Below are positions 60,808 through 64,000 of a stretch of 64,000 nt of DNA, one piece after another (position 1 is the stretch's first letter; every line of letters starts with the position of its first letter). The translations under genes and the position numbers were made by a program. The DNA is taken from NCBI GenBank assembly GCA_963514005.1, contig OY740817.1:10912001-10976000 (forward strand), in the 5' to 3' direction. A model generated the notes under the pieces. The model had not been told where the DNA came from. It did not search any database and saw only the letters and a list, made by a program, of their open reading frames with translations. Origin of the DNA: Raja brachyura. Its lineage: Eukaryota.

Positions 60808-61265
60808 ATGGACATGGAAACTGGCCTTTGGCCCTATTTACCTACGCAGATTAATGTATCCCATCTACATTAGTCCCACCTGCCTTTATTTGGCCCATAT
60901 CCCTTCATACTTGTCCTATCCATGTACCTGTTTAAATGTCTCTTAAATGTTATGATAGAACCTGCCTTAACTACCTCTCCCGGCAGTGCGTTCCATATAC
61001 CTACCACCCTTTGTGTAATAAAGTTACCCCTTGGGTTGCTATTAAATCTTTACCCCTTCACCTTAAAGCTATATCCTCTGGTTCTCAATTCCCCTAATCT
61101 GGGTAAGAGCCTATGCATTTACCCGATGTATTCCTCTTGTGATCTTGTTTACCTCTATAAGATCACTCCTCATCCTCCTGTGCTCCAAGGAATAAAGTCC
61201 TAGCCTGCTCAACCTTCCCCCGACTGCTCAGGCCCTCGAGTCTTACAACATCCTTGTAAATCATC
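60808..61265 (-). mobile_element. CR1 LINE 3' end remnant
   Basis: Same tail family as 6310, 37858 and 56080. Confidence 0.75.
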
Positions 61266-61540
61266 TGTGGTGTGGGATGTAGAGTTGGAGGAGGTTCCCT
61301 GGGACACGGTGCAGTTGTGAAGCTTCAGTGATCATTCAACGAGGTCCAGACACAGCTGCCAGTGTGAACGACATCAGGTGGCTTTGCCCACATGCCAAGC
61401 TGCTGTTTACAATTAAAACTAAAAATACTGGAAACGCTCAGCAGATAACGCTGCGTCTGTGGAGAGAGAAACAGTAATGTTTCAACAGACTTGATCTTGA
61501 ACCGGGTTTATTTAGCTGACTCCCCTTTCTCCAATTCCAG

Positions 61541-61610
61541 TTTCGATGGGGATGATTTTGACGATGCAGATGAAGATGAAGCGATGGATGACTTGGATAA
61601 CGTGGAGGAG
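61541..61610 (+). CDS. POLR2F: POLR2F exon 2 (FDGDDFDDADEDEAMDDLDNVEE)
   Basis: Acceptor ccaattccag, donor GAG|gtgaga, 70 bp. Acidic N-terminal tail. Confidence 0.96.
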
Positions 61611-62184
61611 GTGAGAGCCGATACTTATGTCCCTCCCGCTGAGTGTAACAACCAGGCCTCTGCTCCCCTTCAATCTGGGCTCAGTGCCATTTCCCAGTCT
61701 GGAGTGGAATTGAGCAGCATGTGAGAAAGGATAGGATACACAAAAGAAGAGGGTGGGTGAGATTGCTCTCAGAGCAGCATGGACTAGATGGACTGAATGG
61801 CCTACTGTCATGATATGGAGCTCTTTTGGTTGGATGTCAGTGATCAACTCTTTACACAGAGGGTGATGAGGGCCTAGAACGTACTGCCAGGGGTGGTGAT
61901 GGATGTAGAAACGATAGTGGCGTTTAAGAGGCTTTTACATAGGCACATGGATGGATATACGCATGTTAATGTCTGAGTTTGATCACCTTTTGTCAGGGTT
62001 TAAAAAGTAAGTGCAACAGAGGAAAGATGGGGAGAAAAAAGGGAATATCTGTGGGGGAGAGCCCAAAACAAACTGAGTGAGGGTTGCTGTTTGTTGATGG
62101 CTGTTAACCTGACCAGAGGAGGAATAAATAGAGGGATTGGGGAGGGAAGGAAAACATGGGGCTGTCTGATACAAAGCAAAGTAT

Positions 62185-62347
62185 TGTGTAGGAAGGAACT
62201 GCAGATACTGGTTTATACTGAAGAGAGACACAAAGCACTGGAGCAACTTCAGACTGAAGAAGGGTTCTGACCCGAAATACCACCTATTCCTTTGCTGCCT
62301 GGCCCGCTGAGTTGCTCCAGCATTTTGTTTCTTTTGTGTATCTTCAG
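62185..62347 (+). mobile_element. Inverted pair of Penelope-like terminal repeat fragments with hammerhead core
   Basis: CTGAAGA-a-gggt-tctg-accc-GAAA-ta-cc at 62254-62281, flanked by inverted family body. Confidence 0.65.
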
Positions 62348-62580
62348 AGCAGAATATTGCTGGCTATCTAAAATGGTACTGAGAAACCCCAGCCCAATTT
62401 TTGACTGCGGCGATTCAATTAATTATTTCCCCCCCCCTGAAAATTGTTCCTTTGGGCCCATTTTACTGCTTTAGCTGTTAAAAAAACAAATCCATGTCTT
62501 CCAGAGAAACTGCCTGAGGCGCTGAGTTGCTCCAGCACTTTGTGTCATCTTTTTCCTCCATGTCCTGAGCTGTTTTTCAG

Positions 62581-62711
62581 GAAGACCGCGAGAACGTGGA
62601 GATTCTCCCTGCGGCGGACGGGCAGCAGGCCAATCTGAAGAGGATCACCACGTCCTACATGACCAAGTACGAGAGGGCTCGAGTACTGGGAACACGGGCG
62701 CTCCAGATAGC
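62581..62711 (+). CDS. POLR2F: POLR2F exon 3 ([10 protein letters not shown]...[24 protein letters not shown])
   Basis: Acceptor tgtttttcag, donor GC|gtgagt. Universal RPB6 motif [17 protein letters not shown]. Confidence 0.97.
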
Positions 62712-63009
62712 GTGAGTACAGCCGCTGCCTCACTGTACACTGAACGGTTTGTCATACTCTCTTGCTAGGACACTGTAAAGTCACAGAGGCAGGCAGCATG
62801 GAACAGGCCCTTCATGCATCCTCAATAAGGATTGTAATATAGTTGTATAGTAGTTTATTTAGTATATTTGTTTGTCTTGTATTATGGGTTTTGTTTTGAT
62901 TTGTTTCATACTGTAAATATAATTATAAATAATTGATTCATTAATTTTTTGGTTAAAAAAACACAGGCCCTTCAGGACAAATCAAGCACCCACTTACACT
63001 AAAGCTAAG

Positions 63010-63400
63010 GTACGCTCGGTCCACTGAGGCCTACGGAATCTCCCACTTGCCATCCATTTCCACTCCCCTTCCCGTTCCCACACTGACCTTTCTGTCCTAG
63101 GCCTCCTCCATTGCCAGAGTGTAGCCACATAAATTGGAGGAACAGCCCCTCATATTTTGCCTGGGTAACTTACAAGCCAGCGGTATGAATATTGAGTTAT
63201 CTTATTTAAAGTAACTTCTACTAACACGTCCCTCCCCAACCTCCTTGCTCCCTTCCTCCACTCATTTAACTAGTTCCACAGTTCACCACATTGTTTCCCA
63301 CGAGATCACACCTTCCCTGGCCAATGATGGGCCGAACAAGGCACCACCCTGCCTGAGGTCATTTGTTCTTGGTCCTGGTCTTTTCTTGCCTCCACTTCCA
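63010..63400 (+). mobile_element. Penelope-like element, GIY-YIG C-terminal remnant
   Basis: Translates HFHSPSRSHTDLSVLGLLHCQS..(frameshift)..KLEEQPLIFCLGNLQASGMNIE, typical of Penelope ORF ends. Confidence 0.75.
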
Positions 63401-63454
63401 TCTGGAATTTAAGCTGCAGGTGAGAAAGGTTGGGAACCACGTCTTTGGCAGGGC

Positions 63455-63730
63455 TAGAGCTAAGGTTAGAGAAAGAGCGTGGAATCAGGCCCTTCGGCCC
63501 ACCGAGTGCACGCCAACCAGCAATCCCCGCGCACTAACACTATCCTACACACACTAGAGACAATTTATAATTTTACCAAGCCAATTAACCTACAAACCTG
63601 TACGTCTTTGGAATGTGGGAGGAAACCAGAGTTCCAAAGAAAAGTCACGGGGAGAACGTACAAACAGCACCCGTGGTCAGGATCGAACCCGGGTCTCTGG
63701 CGGTGTAAGGCAGCAACTATACCACTGACT
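63455..63730 (-). mobile_element. V-domain tRNA SINE
   Basis: ggatcgaacccgggtctctgg is the reverse B-box. Reverse complement of the 43398 family. Confidence 0.75.
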
Positions 63731-63807
63731 CAGCGATGTGTGGCTGCACCACAGGTGCTCGGCTGGAAGGGTAACCAGCGCAACTCATCAGCTCCTCTCT
63801 CTTACAG

Positions 63808-63879
63808 AATGTGTGCCCCGGTCATGGTTGAGCTGGAAGGAGAGACGGACCCACTGCAGATCGCAATGAAAGAGCTGAA
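63808..63879 (+). CDS. POLR2F: POLR2F exon 4 ([24 protein letters not shown]); final exon lies beyond the window
   Basis: Acceptor ctctctcttacag, donor AA|gtacgt, 72 bp. Confidence 0.96.
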
Positions 63880-64000
63880 GTACGTCCCAGCATTAGTGCT
63901 TCGCCGCCATTCCTTTCCCTCCCTGCTTTGCAATTAATGACTCATAAGATTATTTAGCTCTTTAACCAGAGGGTGGTGAATCTGTGGAATTAATTGCCAC

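Noticed and set aside
59666-60873. Three long overlapping ORFs (332, 235 and 298 aa)
   Set aside because: They are translations of a stop-free minisatellite in POLR2F intron 1 and have no protein-like complexity.

Overview
Eukaryotic (vertebrate) DNA, most likely a cartilaginous fish such as a skate or ray; this is inferred from the repeat families and protein divergence and is not proven. The + strand carries 19 coding exons (2927-44844) of TNRC6B, a GW182-family miRNA silencing scaffold. They splice through GT-AG junctions into one frame of about 1774 codons; the N-terminal exons lie upstream of the window. A probable 3' UTR of about 11 kb follows (44845-~55740), with five miR-30 8-mer sites and other seed matches. 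Next come a CpG-island promoter (YY1, RFX-like, CRE and ETS motifs) and coding exons 1-4 of POLR2F (RPB6); its last exon is beyond the window. Introns are full of decayed mobile elements: tandem non-autonomous Helitrons, two Tc1 relics (one holding a nested hAT that itself holds a Penelope fragment), MITEs, V-domain tRNA SINEs, CR1 and Rex-like LINEs, and Penelope terminal repeats with minimal hammerhead ribozyme cores. Comparisons to human proteins and gene order are from memory. I found no convincing wholly new protein-coding system; the best leads are RNA-level or regulatory.
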